Assembly (NCBI GenBank): GCA_041389025.1
Contig: JAWKSP010000002.1
Location: 184,079 to 248,078 of the forward strand
Length of the DNA stretch: 64,000 bases
Reading direction: 5' to 3'
Source of the DNA: Minisyncoccota bacterium
Lineage (GTDB): Bacteria; Patescibacteriota; Minisyncoccia; Phycocordibacterales; UBA918
Both the position numbers and the translations under genes were made by a program. A model generated the notes under the pieces. It did no database searches and was not told the DNA's origin. It worked only from the letters and a program-made list of their open reading frames with translations. Of the stretch, positions 48,768-59,186 are shown piece after piece. Position 1 is the first letter of the stretch. The number at the start of each line of letters is the position of its first letter.

Positions 48768-50300
48768 ATGAAATTACCAAACTTCGAAATTCCAAAAGGA
48801 AAAAGCTGGGGTTGGGTTATTGTTTTTTTAGTCATCACAATCTTGTTAATTAGTGTTTATTTAAAACACTTAGAAGATTTCGGCATACAAGAAGCAAAAC
48901 CCTCGACAGTAACCCAAGTGTCTAATACTGAAACCGCAAAAACAGATACTTTGACAGAAAATTATGACGGAGGATCTGGGTTTTCTATATTTGATTGGAC
49001 ATTAATCATCTTACTTATTTGGTATTTATATATTCCACTTGGTGTCTACTTTGTTTTATTTGTATTTGGTATACCATTAGCTTATTTACTTGAAAACAAC
49101 TCGTACAGGGCAACAAACACGAAGTCTATTCTGGATAAATTTGGTTTTTTTACTATATTAGCACCAGGAAGAGCAAAATTAATTGTAAGAGGTGATGACA
49201 TTATTACAATACTAATGAATTTTCCTGGCCATACTTTTAAAGGTATGCGTGACAGCAATATTGATATGAAGTCAAAACCAGAAGACTATTGGGAGGTAGT
49301 AGAAGAAGTAGACGATAAGCCTAAGTATGAATTAATACCTTTTCCTAAATTTAATTTCTGGTTATGGAAATATCTCTTTCTTACATACGTTTATCCATGG
49401 TGGATGTGGAAAATATTTATTTTCAAATTCACTAGGCGTATTTTTACTGGAATATGGCCAATACAAACCGTATTCATCTACGCTATGCAAATGTGGGATG
49501 GTAAGGAGGGCGTGAAAAACAGTATTAGTGACCATGTTAGAGTAGAACCTTTTGATTATAATCTTTTAATCAGATCTGCTGGTACTAAAGACAGGTCGCC
49601 AGTAAGAATTGAGGTGACCTTTACAGCAATAGTCACCAACCCCTACAAAACTGCCTTTAAAACAGATAGTGGTAATTGGTCTGCAAGGATAAACAACTTT
49701 TTACCAGGTATTGTAGATAATTACACTCGCGGACTTCCCCTTGACATAGTATATGCAAGCAGCAACTCATATATTAGTGCAGTTATCAAGTCCTTAGGCG
49801 CAACCGAGGAAGAACTGCAAGAGGAAATAAGGGAGATTGTAGAAGGGCATGAAAAACATAAAAAAGATTCTATTTCCAAAATCAAAAATAATGCAAAAAG
49901 GCCTTTTTTTCATACTTTTGGGATTAAAGTAAATAAAGCCTCTACTCCAGACAGATCAGTTGTAGACAAAGAAATGGCGAAAAAATTACTTGAAGCAGCC
50001 ATTGCTAAAGCAATAAAAGAAGCCGCTATTACTGAAGCTGAGGGTGAAAGTCGAGCTAGTGTGATTCGTTCTGAAGGTCAAGCTAAAGCAATAGAAAACT
50101 TGATTGCCGCTGCAGCAAAACATGGCTCACTTGGTGAACTTATTGCTCAAATCGAAAGAGACAAGACTGTAACAGCAAATTTACCTGACGGTTCAAACGT
50201 CATCTTGTCTTTAGGAGGTAAAGGTTCTGGTAACGATGAGACACTGGAAACATTAAAAGCTATGCTAGCTAAGTTAAACGATCTTACTAATGCAAGTTAA
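48768..50300 (+). CDS. membrane protein with an SPFH/flotillin-like domain
   Basis: Three or four N-terminal TMs; central beta-rich region; C-terminal AEAE-type repeats (AITEAEGESRASVIRSEGQAKAIENL). Confidence 0.4.
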   Translation: MKLPNFEIPKGKSWGWVIVFLVITILLISVYLKHLEDFGIQEAKPSTVTQVSNTETAKTDTLTENYDGGSGFSIFDWTLIILLIWYLYIPLGVYFVLFVFGIPLAYLLENNSYRATNTKSILDKFGFFTILAPGRAKLIVRGDDIITILMNFPGHTFKGMRDSNIDMKSKPEDYWEVVEEVDDKPKYELIPFPKFNFWLWKYLFLTYVYPWWMWKIFIFKFTRRIFTGIWPIQTVFIYAMQMWDGKEGVKNSISDHVRVEPFDYNLLIRSAGTKDRSPVRIEVTFTAIVTNPYKTAFKTDSGNWSARINNFLPGIVDNYTRGLPLDIVYASSNSYISAVIKSLGATEEELQEEIREIVEGHEKHKKDSISKIKNNAKRPFFHTFGIKVNKASTPDRSVVDKEMAKKLLEAAIAKAIKEAAITEAEGESRASVIRSEGQAKAIENLIAAAAKHGSLGELIAQIERDKTVTANLPDGSNVILSLGGKGSGNDETLETLKAMLAKLNDLTNAS

Positions 50301-50354
50301 ATTTTGCTTTTAAATAAGCCGGTAAAGTAATTTACACTTTACCGGCTTTTTGTT

Positions 50355-51304
50355 TTATCTAAGGACATTTGTCACTTTTTCATATAGTACTTCATTAGGA
50401 CTCTTTCCATCAAGGGAACAATGTTCCAGGTTGTTATAGTATTCATTCCAAAGGCGAATTTTCTTTTTCAGATTGGTAACAGAAGTAAATCTGTTACGTT
50501 GATAAAACTTCTCCTCATCTTCTCTATGAGAGCGTTCAACGGTACCGTTCTGAGCCGGTTTCCCTGGATCAATCAGGTAATGAGTAATCTTGTGTTTAAT
50601 ACACCACTCATCTAAAGCATGAATAGTCTTTATGGTTAAGTCTGAACGTTTATTGGTGCCAAGGTAATAATTGGTAAAGGTACTATGATTATCGGTTTTG
50701 ATAGCTTGTATGGTATTGGGAAACTTCTGTTTAACTATCTCCATCATTCTAATAGCATGGTGAGTAGTTTGTTCATCAAATATTTCTAAATGTCTCCATC
50801 TACTAGCGGTATCTATGACTGTATATTGATAGTATTTAAGGCCTTGTATAGCCCCTGGAACATACTTCACGTCCATCTCTAGGAGTGTTCACCTGGTTGT
50901 CTCACTGCTTTTATATATTTATACTTTATCTTCTTAACTCGGTACTTACGTACTAATCCTGCATTTTTAAGTATTTTAGATACGGTACTATGTGGTACTA
51001 ACAACCCTTGTTTCTTCAATCTCCAATGCAGTTTCTTGGAACAAAGACCGGTTTGTTTACGGAGGGTGATAACTTCTTCTTTGATACGTATTGGAGTTTC
51101 GTTAGGTTGTGTCTTTGGTTCCGTACTTTTAGGTATCAATCCATCCAGGCCACGTTCTTTATATGCTTTCTTCCACCTTTTTAAACTACGTTCACTATGT
51201 GGACATACTTTAGCTACGTCTACCAACCTCATTTCTTTATTAATAATTGGTTTGATCCACCTCCACCTTTCTTCTTGTATAGTTTTTGCCATAGATATAC
51301 ACAT
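50355..51304 (-). pseudogene. IS481-family transposase split by a -1 frameshift between the HTH and the rve/DDE domains
   Basis: ORF A ...RQPGEHS* then ORF B MDVKYVPG...; in the -1 frame the join reads QPGE-LLEMDVKYVPG (IS481-like PGELxxIDVKKL); KTDNHSTF and PAQNGTVERSHR DDE-region motifs; no obvious slippery heptamer. Confidence 0.55.
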
Positions 51305-51340
51305 TTCTTAATGATAAAGAAAAGTGCCAAATGTGTTTAG
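50357..51340. mobile_element. IS481-family insertion sequence (about 985 bp) with imperfect terminal inverted repeats
   Basis: Left end tctaaggacatttgtcactttttc and right-end reverse complement tctaaacacatttggcacttttct match at about 20/24; encodes an HTH plus DDE(rve) transposase. Confidence 0.55.
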
Positions 51341-51425
51341 ACATTACCTTTTATATTTGATTTATATATATTTTTATGTTATAATATAAAAAATAGTTCT
51401 TATAAATTCAATCAAAGGAGTTAAA

Positions 51426-52307
51426 ATGGGCACATTTTCTATAGGAATATCCATTATTGTTACTGTGACACTGATAACGTGTGGCCTAATATTTATAACC
51501 TTACTTACTAAAGGTCTTGTAAATAAAAATACAGAACTCAATGATAGTCCAACTAAAAAAGATGGTCTCTGGACAAAAAATAAACCGTATCTTTTTGCTG
51601 AATTATTAGCACTTTTGTTAGCTTTGGCATGGTTTTTTTATGAAGATATACCTTTGTCAACTTATATTGACTGGATAAATTCTAAATCAAAACAATATCT
51701 TATTCCATATTTAGGTTCTAATTTAAGTACTTTAATCATTTATACCATGCATGTTTTAGTGGTGTTTTGGTTTATTGAGTTAATCTTACGGGCACGCCGT
51801 AAAGAACCAAAAGTTCTGGCACTTGGTTATTCGGGAAAATGGTTGGTGTTTTTGGTAACTATTTTAGTACTTTATATCTTTGTTATAGAGACATATAGTA
51901 AGAATGATAAAGTGACAGAAACTATCACCCAAACAAAAAAAATAGATAGGGTTAGCTTTTATAAAGTTGGGGAGGAAAAAACGGTGGTTTTATCAAACCA
52001 CAGTGATATCATACCGATTCACATAAGAGCACAAATGATCAGTGATGGCAAAACCACCTATGTGGTATGCGCCAAAATTGTTTCCCCAGACTGGGTACTT
52101 GCTTTGGAGGATTTTCCTTCAGAGCAAGTCGAATACAAAAATATAGAAAATACGGGTTATCAGTATGATCTTGGTCTAACAGAAAAAGTGAGAATTTTTC
52201 TTGCCAAGAAAAGTATCTATAACCCAATGAAGGTGGTCTTAGTACTAAAAACCGCCGATTATTGGAATTTGGACACTAGTAATATATGTTCTAATTCCAC
52301 TCATTAA
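51426..52307 (+). CDS. hypothetical polytopic membrane protein
   Basis: RBS AAAGGAG; several TMs followed by a soluble C-terminal domain. Confidence 0.4.
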   Translation: MGTFSIGISIIVTVTLITCGLIFITLLTKGLVNKNTELNDSPTKKDGLWTKNKPYLFAELLALLLALAWFFYEDIPLSTYIDWINSKSKQYLIPYLGSNLSTLIIYTMHVLVVFWFIELILRARRKEPKVLALGYSGKWLVFLVTILVLYIFVIETYSKNDKVTETITQTKKIDRVSFYKVGEEKTVVLSNHSDIIPIHIRAQMISDGKTTYVVCAKIVSPDWVLALEDFPSEQVEYKNIENTGYQYDLGLTEKVRIFLAKKSIYNPMKVVLVLKTADYWNLDTSNICSNSTH

Positions 52308-52377
52308 TTCAAACGGTATCAAATTTTTTAAAAAAATTTTTTTAAAATTTGATACCATTTTTTTATATTTATATAAA

Positions 52378-52758
52378 TTAAGGTCCGGTATTTGGATTAG
52401 AATTATTTGTATTATTAGTGTTATTATTTACTGGATTAAACACGGTATTACACTGTGCCGCCGTCGGATCTTTGGTACAGTCTAAAGTTTGTCCAAGACC
52501 AAAGGTATTTACAGCGATACTGAGTATCGCATAAGCTGAAGCCATAATAACCAAACCGATAATACCGTAAGTCATGTGTTTTTTTCCTTTATCACGCGCC
52601 TGCTCACTGGCACCATTAAAAATAAAGATCGCTGCCCCATAAATAAAAACCAGAAAAGCAATACCACTCAAAAGAGCTATTAAAGGAAATAGGATTACAT
52701 CATTTACCTTTTCGACAAATTTCCAAGCTTCGTTAGCAGCATCTTGCTGGGGTGACAT
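52378..52758 (-). CDS. two-TM pilin-like small protein (paralog family, T4SS-pilin/TrbC-like)
   Basis: TM1, loop NGASEQARDKGKK, TM2 HMTYGIIGLVIMASAYAIL; N/T-rich C-terminus. Confidence 0.4.
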   Translation of the reverse strand: MSPQQDAANEAWKFVEKVNDVILFPLIALLSGIAFLVFIYGAAIFIFNGASEQARDKGKKHMTYGIIGLVIMASAYAILSIAVNTFGLGQTLDCTKDPTAAQCNTVFNPVNNNTNNTNNSNPNTGP

Positions 52759-52851
52759 GCGTATAATTATATCACCTTGTTACGGCCAGTAAATAAATAA
52801 TACACAAAACAAAAAAGCCCAAACGGGCTTTTTATAGTAAAGTGCTAAAGA

Positions 52852-53307
52852 TTAAATAGGATTAACCTTCGGCTTCAAAGTCTGATCAAAAACTTCATCA
52901 GCACCTGTACTTGAAGCAAGTAGATTAATAACACCCCAGAATATAATGATTAAAACAAAACCTAGAATTGCGTAAATCATCAAACTCTTTCCTTTTTCTT
53001 TTGACTCTTCGTTGGCTCCACCAGCTATAAAGTATTGGAACATTCCCCAAACGAATACGAGAAAACCAATGCCAACAATAAATGGTATTAATACAGTGTT
53101 CGCAAAAACAAGTATGGTTTGAAGCAAATCGCCAAACCTACCTCCTCCTCCGGCTCCTACACCTCCTGGATCAGCTAATTGTGCAGAAGCATTTGCTATC
53201 GGCAAAAAAAACAAGACTAGACTAGTGAGAAGAAAATTAAAACGTTGCATAACTTTTTGTAAATTTATTAATAAATAATTAATCGTGTACCTTTTAAAAT
53301 TATACAT
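52852..53307 (-). CDS. two-TM pilin-like small protein (paralog)
   Basis: Signal peptide, TM1, loop AGGANEESKEKGKS, TM2 LMIYAILGFVLIIIFWGVINLL. Confidence 0.4.
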   Translation of the reverse strand: MYNFKRYTINYLLINLQKVMQRFNFLLTSLVLFFLPIANASAQLADPGGVGAGGGGRFGDLLQTILVFANTVLIPFIVGIGFLVFVWGMFQYFIAGGANEESKEKGKSLMIYAILGFVLIIIFWGVINLLASSTGADEVFDQTLKPKVNPI

Positions 53308-53358
53308 AAAATATTATTTTTTGGTATATCAGATTTGAAATATTGTGAATAATTTTAC

Positions 53359-53613
53359 TTAACCAAAAATTGATTTTCTAAGCATATTTATAATACCCCA
53401 TACAGAAATAATCAATACGACGACCAACACAGCCACTAAAGCCAGTCTTTTTCCTTCCTCTCGTTTTTTTTCGTCTCCAGCATTTATCACCCAGGCGTCA
53501 AACACCTTCCAAACCAAAAAAAGGAACACAAAAGATAAGAGCGTTGGTATTAAAATATTTATCAAGCCGATAAAGAGATTAACTAGTTCTTTAAATGTGG
53601 TAGGAGTATTCAT
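53359..53613 (-). CDS. two-TM pilin-like small protein (paralog)
   Basis: TM1, loop NAGDEKKREEGKR, TM2 LALVAVLVVVLIISVWGIIN. Confidence 0.4.
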   Translation of the reverse strand: MNTPTTFKELVNLFIGLINILIPTLLSFVFLFLVWKVFDAWVINAGDEKKREEGKRLALVAVLVVVLIISVWGIINMLRKSIFG

Positions 53614-53618
53614 AAAAA

Positions 53619-54023
53619 TTACGGAGAGGGTGGAGGGGTAAAAGCACTAACTAGGTTCTTAATAATCTCACCAATCGCATACGCTCCCAAAATAAGTACT
53701 CCACCAATAATAGCGTAAGTGAGGGCTTTTTTAGCAGTAGTTAGCTTAGTCTCGTCACCTTGAGCGGTCACATAGAGAAAGCCGGCATAGATAATGAAAA
53801 AAATAACTATCGGGGTGGCTATCACCACTACAATACCTAATATACCTTCCAATAAGTCTTCTATACTATTTACTGATAGCGGGTTATTTAGAGTTACATT
53901 AGTACTTGGAGGAGGAGCTGAATACGTCATTCTCGGTAGAAACAAAAATAACCATAATAAAAAACCATGGTTACAGAATTTTCGAACATCTTCTCCTTTT
54001 TCTTTAATAATATTCATATCCAA
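53619..54023 (-). CDS. two-TM pilin-like small protein (paralog)
   Basis: TM1, loop TAQGDETKLTTAKKA, TM2 LTYAIIGGVLILGAYAIGEII; Pro-rich C-terminus. Confidence 0.4.
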   Translation of the reverse strand: MDMNIIKEKGEDVRKFCNHGFLLWLFLFLPRMTYSAPPPSTNVTLNNPLSVNSIEDLLEGILGIVVVIATPIVIFFIIYAGFLYVTAQGDETKLTTAKKALTYAIIGGVLILGAYAIGEIIKNLVSAFTPPPSP

Positions 54024-54028
54024 AATAA

Positions 54029-55345
54029 TTAGTACACCGCTTGTAACCGACCTACCACATCATTAGCCGTTCTTGTGGTATCTTGTCTGTTGGCACTAAT
54101 ATCTTCTAATGCCCTACTAAGTATATCATCCGTCTGTTCCAAATCTGGATTCAACCATGCTCTAGTGTTGTAAGCTGATAAATAGATGATTCTTCCATAA
54201 ACGTCATTACTTCCAAGGGACAAAGAACTTCTATGGACCGGAGCCATGTTATATCCATCAGCTAAAACCTTAGCTCTATTCTGGCTCCCGATCTCACTCA
54301 TCACTTGATATGCTCCTTGTTTATTATTAGCACTTTTCGGTATAAAAAAGCCATAAAAATTTCCATATACGCGTTTGTTGGTGGAATTTTCACCCTGTGG
54401 AACTTCAGCTATATCGAAACTCAAATTGGGATTCTTTTCTTCAAGTCCACGCGCTTCACTGCCGTATCCGAAATAAAAAGCTAAATCTTCTCTCAAGAAT
54501 ACGTCTTGATCTAATCCTAAAGTTCGATTCCAGCTATATAGAGAGTTGTTTACATTACTAAAACTGGTATAGAAATCTAACGTTTTAGTAAGTGGAATCT
54601 TAACGCTATTTGATTCATTTAACTTAACCATATACTCATTGTTTTTACTTTCCGAAACCATTGGGCTACCGGCTTGAAGAAGTAGGGTAGATAGTATTGG
54701 AAAAGCATTTTTTACATTTACATATTCTCCCATCGCCAAAGTCGATAGTTGGATTCTTCGATTGAAGTCCCTAATAGTTATCAACGGCGCCATTGAACTT
54801 ACTAACTCTTCCCAATTTTTTGGTGGCGTTAAAAAACCATTATCAGACAAAATATCCCTATTCCAGTACATAACCAACGGATCAACCATAACTGGAAAAG
54901 CATACACTCCGTCTTGCAGAGCAAAGATGGAAGCACCATCTATATACAAGTTTCTAAAATCACGCTCTGGAAAAGAGTCATATGATATTGGTTGTAATCG
55001 ACTACGGTGCTTAACCAACCTTTCGTGAGACATAAAAAGTAAGTCAGGCGGAGTTTGGTCAGCCAATGCGTCGACAAGTACTTTGTCAAAATCTTCCGGC
55101 GGTATATAACGGTACGATACTGTCCTAAATGACTCATTATCTTCACGTAGGTCAATCATCATACTTGAAAATACATCGTCAGACAAAGTTCCCCATATAG
55201 ATACACCGCCCTTTAAATCAAGACATGTCCCATCTTCTTCGCAAGACGGACTCTCATATGTATTCAACAAAACCAATGCGGCAATCATTAAAACTCCAAA
55301 CGTCACTACCAACCCTAATTCAAACGGTCTTAGTTTTAACATCAT
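54029..55345 (-). CDS. extracellular solute-binding protein-like (SBP family 1-like) lipoprotein or anchored protein
   Basis: N-terminal TM; VYAFPVMVDPLVMYWNRDIL resembles the SBP_bac_1 hinge region; no adjacent permease or ATPase. Confidence 0.45.
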   Translation of the reverse strand: MMLKLRPFELGLVVTFGVLMIAALVLLNTYESPSCEEDGTCLDLKGGVSIWGTLSDDVFSSMMIDLREDNESFRTVSYRYIPPEDFDKVLVDALADQTPPDLLFMSHERLVKHRSRLQPISYDSFPERDFRNLYIDGASIFALQDGVYAFPVMVDPLVMYWNRDILSDNGFLTPPKNWEELVSSMAPLITIRDFNRRIQLSTLAMGEYVNVKNAFPILSTLLLQAGSPMVSESKNNEYMVKLNESNSVKIPLTKTLDFYTSFSNVNNSLYSWNRTLGLDQDVFLREDLAFYFGYGSEARGLEEKNPNLSFDIAEVPQGENSTNKRVYGNFYGFFIPKSANNKQGAYQVMSEIGSQNRAKVLADGYNMAPVHRSSLSLGSNDVYGRIIYLSAYNTRAWLNPDLEQTDDILSRALEDISANRQDTTRTANDVVGRLQAVY

Positions 55346-55891
55346 ATTTTTCTTACACTAAATCCATAATGATGGTCACCGGCTGGGAATTCGCGCTCCA
55401 TCACCATACCACCAGCTTCAAATAATGCGATAGCGGTATCTTTTTGTATTACGTCTGCCGGCTGTGGACCTAAACCTCCAAAAGATTCAGACCAATCAAT
55501 GACATGTATTACTCCACCATGTCTAATAACGCGACTTATTTCTCTTATAGCCGCTTCTTTATTTTCAAACTGAAAAAGTATTTAATAAAATACCCGTATC
55601 CAAACCTCATCATCAAGCGGAATTCCTGATTCTTCAAGATCACACCACAGAACTTACATTAGGCAAGCTATTGATACGAATAAATTCACTCAGTTTCTCC
55701 ACTAAAACTTTTTGTATTTCACAAGCATACACATGGCCAGTACTACCGGTCATTTCTGATAATACCTTTAGAAAAAAACCACTACCAGCTCCAAAATCTG
55801 CCACTTGGTCACCTTCTTTAATAAAAAAGTGGCTGGCAACGACATCAGGCACAACAAACCGTCCAGGTAAGATGTTATTCATACCCTTCAT
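55346..55891 (-). pseudogene. class I SAM methyltransferase broken into at least two frames
   Basis: The N-terminal ORF (55640..55891) carries motif I VADFGAGSGFF and stops. A different frame downstream encodes FQFENKEAAIREISRVIRHGGVIHVIDW... (the post-II LKPGG-like region). Confidence 0.45.
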
Positions 55892-55989
55892 TTTAATATA
55901 ATTTAATCTTTATTTAAACCTGTTGGGTGTGTAATCAAAAAAAAGAAAAGGGCGGTCGCTTCGCGACCGCCCTTTTCTTTCTTTTTTGA

Positions 55990-58461
55990 TTATTCTGATA
56001 CAAACACCACACTAGCAATTGAGTCTCCGTCACGCATCTTCATTACTCTTACTCCTTGAGTTTGACGACCTAAAGTAGGAACGTCTTTTAATGGTAGTTT
56101 AATTACTTGCCCTTTCTTACTCATTATTACCAACTCACCCTCCAATCTTTCTTCTCCTCTTAAGATGATTCCTGCTACTATTGTTCCTGTTTTATTGGTT
56201 AATTTAACTGTCTTAATACCTGAACCACCACGCTTCTGTACTTTATATTCTTTTGCTGGAGTCGATTTACCATATCCATGTTCTGTTACTATAAGTATCT
56301 CAGTATTTTTTTCACCTTTCTTTATCACATCAGCTGATACTACCTTATCGCCTTTTCCAAATTTCATGGCTGTTACTCCAGCGGCGGTTCTACCCATTTC
56401 TCTAACATCACTTTCTTTAAAGCGAATTGCTTGCCCATTTAAAGTAACCAAAGACATTTCATCTCCTTTCCCAACAAATTTAGCTGCGATTAGTTGATCA
56501 TCATCCTTTAAGGTAATAGCAATTAAGCCACTGCGACGCACATCTTTAAAGGCAGCTGCGTCACTTTTCTTAGCTACACCGTTCTTAGTCACCATCATTA
56601 AAGCCCAGTCACCAGCCCATTCTTCTTTACGCACAGCCAAGACCGAGGTGATATGTTCATCTTGAGTTAATGACAAGAAGTTCATGATTGACTTACCTTT
56701 AGTAGCTCGCCGACCTTCCGGAATCTCATACATTTTACTTTGATAAACCTTTCCTTTATCAGTAAAGAACAGAAGGTCGCTATGAGCAGAAGTGGTGAGT
56801 AAGGTAGTTACAATATCTTCCTCTTTGGTGTTCAAATCAACTACTCCAACTCCACCTCGTTTCTGGGTACGGTATTCACTCGGATTAGTTCGTTTAACAT
56901 AACCGCCCTGTGTAAGTACTAATACACTTTCCTCATCTGGGACCAAATCCTCCTGCGACATCTGTTTTACTCCACCCTTTACTATCTTAGTTCTACGATC
57001 ATCACCATACTTATCAGCAATTTCTAGTAAATCATCCTTAACTATCTTCATCATCTTAGCTTTACTTTTCAAAATTGCCTCCAACTCTTTAATCAACTTC
57101 TGAATTGCCTTTAATTCATCTTCAATTTTCTTACGTTCCAGTCCAGCTAACTTCTGCAAACGCATATCAAGAATTGCTTGGGCTTGAATTGCTGAAAATT
57201 TAAATTCCTTCATCAAAGCAGCGTGGGCTGTTGGTACGTCTTTAGCGGCACGTATCAGCTTGATAATCTTATCAATATGATCAAGAGCTTTCTTAAGACC
57301 AAGTAAAATATGTTCACGATCTTGTGCTTTACCAAGATCATAAGCAGTTCGACGTCTTATCACCTCAGCTCGATGCTTAACATATTCTTGCAAAATAGCC
57401 TTTAATGATAGAGTCTGCGGGACTCCGTCCACCAACGCCACCATATTGTAATGGAAAGTATCTTCCAGTTGAGTATGCTTGTATAGTTTATTTAAAACTG
57501 TCTGCGGTTGAGCACCAGATTTTAAATCAATCACCACTCGAATATCTGGAGGTAGACTCATCACGCATATCACGAATTCCTCAATCTTCTTGTCACGTAC
57601 TAGATCAGCGATTTTTACCTGCAAATCAGCTTTATTGACACGAAAAGGTATAGAAGTAATTACAATCGAAAAAGCTCCACGTTTATCCTCCACAATCTGC
57701 TCACCTCTCACCGTCACACCACCTTTTCCGTTAGCATAAGCGTGAGCGATATCTTTTTGGTTAAAAGCAATTGCACCAGTTGGAAAATCTGGACCCTTGA
57801 TATGTTTTAGTAAATCATCGGTAGAAGCTTCTGGGTCGTCAATTAAATGCGCTACCGCACTTGCTACTTCACGTAAATTATGCGGTGGAATATTAGTAGC
57901 CATACCAACAGCAATTCCTAGAGAACCAAGCAAAAGCAAGTTTGGCACGGCCGCCGGTAAAACTACCGGTTCTTTCTTACTACCATCAAAGTTAGGTCGC
58001 CAATCGACAGTATCTTTTTCTAAATCACGAAGCATCTCCTCGGCCACTTTAGACATCTTGGCTTCCGTATAACGATATGCAGCTGCCGAGTCACCATCAA
58101 TTGAACCGAAGTTACCTTGTCCAATTACCAACGGATACCGAGTAGAAAAAATTTGCGCCAACTTAACCATCGCTTCATACACCGAAGAGTCACCGTGTGG
58201 GTGGAAGCTACCAAGTACGTCCCCTACCACAGTCGCTGATTTCTTAAATTTAGCACTAGAAGTAAGACCATTTAGACGCATCGAGTACAAAATACGTCTA
58301 TGTACTGGTTTTAAACCATCTCGCACATCAGGCAAAGCTCGCTGAGTAATAACGGACATCGCGTAATTCAAATACGCATTCTCCATTTCACTAGTGATAT
58401 TTTGTGTTACGATTCCGCGTTGCGGTTCCGGATTTTCTGGAGCTATATTCTTCTTCGGCAT
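55990..58461 (-). CDS. gyrA: DNA gyrase subunit A
   Basis: N-terminal [22 protein letters not shown], catalytic Tyr region, C-terminal beta-pinwheel repeats. Confidence 0.9.
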   Translation of the reverse strand: MPKKNIAPENPEPQRGIVTQNITSEMENAYLNYAMSVITQRALPDVRDGLKPVHRRILYSMRLNGLTSSAKFKKSATVVGDVLGSFHPHGDSSVYEAMVKLAQIFSTRYPLVIGQGNFGSIDGDSAAAYRYTEAKMSKVAEEMLRDLEKDTVDWRPNFDGSKKEPVVLPAAVPNLLLLGSLGIAVGMATNIPPHNLREVASAVAHLIDDPEASTDDLLKHIKGPDFPTGAIAFNQKDIAHAYANGKGGVTVRGEQIVEDKRGAFSIVITSIPFRVNKADLQVKIADLVRDKKIEEFVICVMSLPPDIRVVIDLKSGAQPQTVLNKLYKHTQLEDTFHYNMVALVDGVPQTLSLKAILQEYVKHRAEVIRRRTAYDLGKAQDREHILLGLKKALDHIDKIIKLIRAAKDVPTAHAALMKEFKFSAIQAQAILDMRLQKLAGLERKKIEDELKAIQKLIKELEAILKSKAKMMKIVKDDLLEIADKYGDDRRTKIVKGGVKQMSQEDLVPDEESVLVLTQGGYVKRTNPSEYRTQKRGGVGVVDLNTKEEDIVTTLLTTSAHSDLLFFTDKGKVYQSKMYEIPEGRRATKGKSIMNFLSLTQDEHITSVLAVRKEEWAGDWALMMVTKNGVAKKSDAAAFKDVRRSGLIAITLKDDDQLIAAKFVGKGDEMSLVTLNGQAIRFKESDVREMGRTAAGVTAMKFGKGDKVVSADVIKKGEKNTEILIVTEHGYGKSTPAKEYKVQKRGGSGIKTVKLTNKTGTIVAGIILRGEERLEGELVIMSKKGQVIKLPLKDVPTLGRQTQGVRVMKMRDGDSIASVVFVSE

Positions 58462-58579
58462 AATTAATTTTTAAATAAAATCTAACGGAAATACTAAACC
58501 TTAAATAATGGCGGATTATAGCACGATATAGGCCTCTTACCTAGATATTGTTTTTATAACTTTTTATTTTGTAATTTAA

Positions 58580-59134
58580 TTAATGATTAGAACCAGTCGA
58601 AGATGCAGTACTAGTACTATTTCGACTAGAAGTAGTTACTATTTGGACTTCCCTATAATCTTGCTTTTTTTCAGAGGTAGTAGCACCATTTTCAGTAAAC
58701 ATCGTTCTGATAGTATTTGTGGCAGACTGACTGGAAGAAGCTTTTAGACCAAAAAGTGAAGTTGAAGCGTAACTGTTATTATCAATAGAAAAATTCTGTT
58801 CTTCAAAATCTTCATCGACTTTAGTGGTTTCAACTTCATTTTTGATTATTTCATTTAAATCAATATTTTCTGTTTCAGAATCAGAAGTTTCAGTTGAACC
58901 AACCGCTTCTTTTAGGCTAGCCATATATTCTTTTGATTCTTCAATGAAACCGGAAAAAGGTGAGTTACCACTATTATCTTCTTTATTATTAGAAAAATTA
59001 AAATAACTCTGATCCATACCAACCAACCAAACAATTACAATGATACCAGTAAAAATAGAAGCAAAAGCTTTAGCGTAAGCTACTCTAACTGATTTGGGCT
59101 TTTTGTGTAATTTTATAAGAAACTTACGTAACAT
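58580..59134 (-). CDS. hypothetical membrane-anchored S/T-rich protein
   Basis: N-terminal TM; Ser/Thr/Asn-rich low-complexity C-terminus. Confidence 0.3.
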   Translation of the reverse strand: MLRKFLIKLHKKPKSVRVAYAKAFASIFTGIIVIVWLVGMDQSYFNFSNNKEDNSGNSPFSGFIEESKEYMASLKEAVGSTETSDSETENIDLNEIIKNEVETTKVDEDFEEQNFSIDNNSYASTSLFGLKASSSQSATNTIRTMFTENGATTSEKKQDYREVQIVTTSSRNSTSTASSTGSNH

Positions 59135-59186
59135 AAATATAAATTATGTTTTATTTTAATCAGTATTTATTTTAAAAACAAATAAC

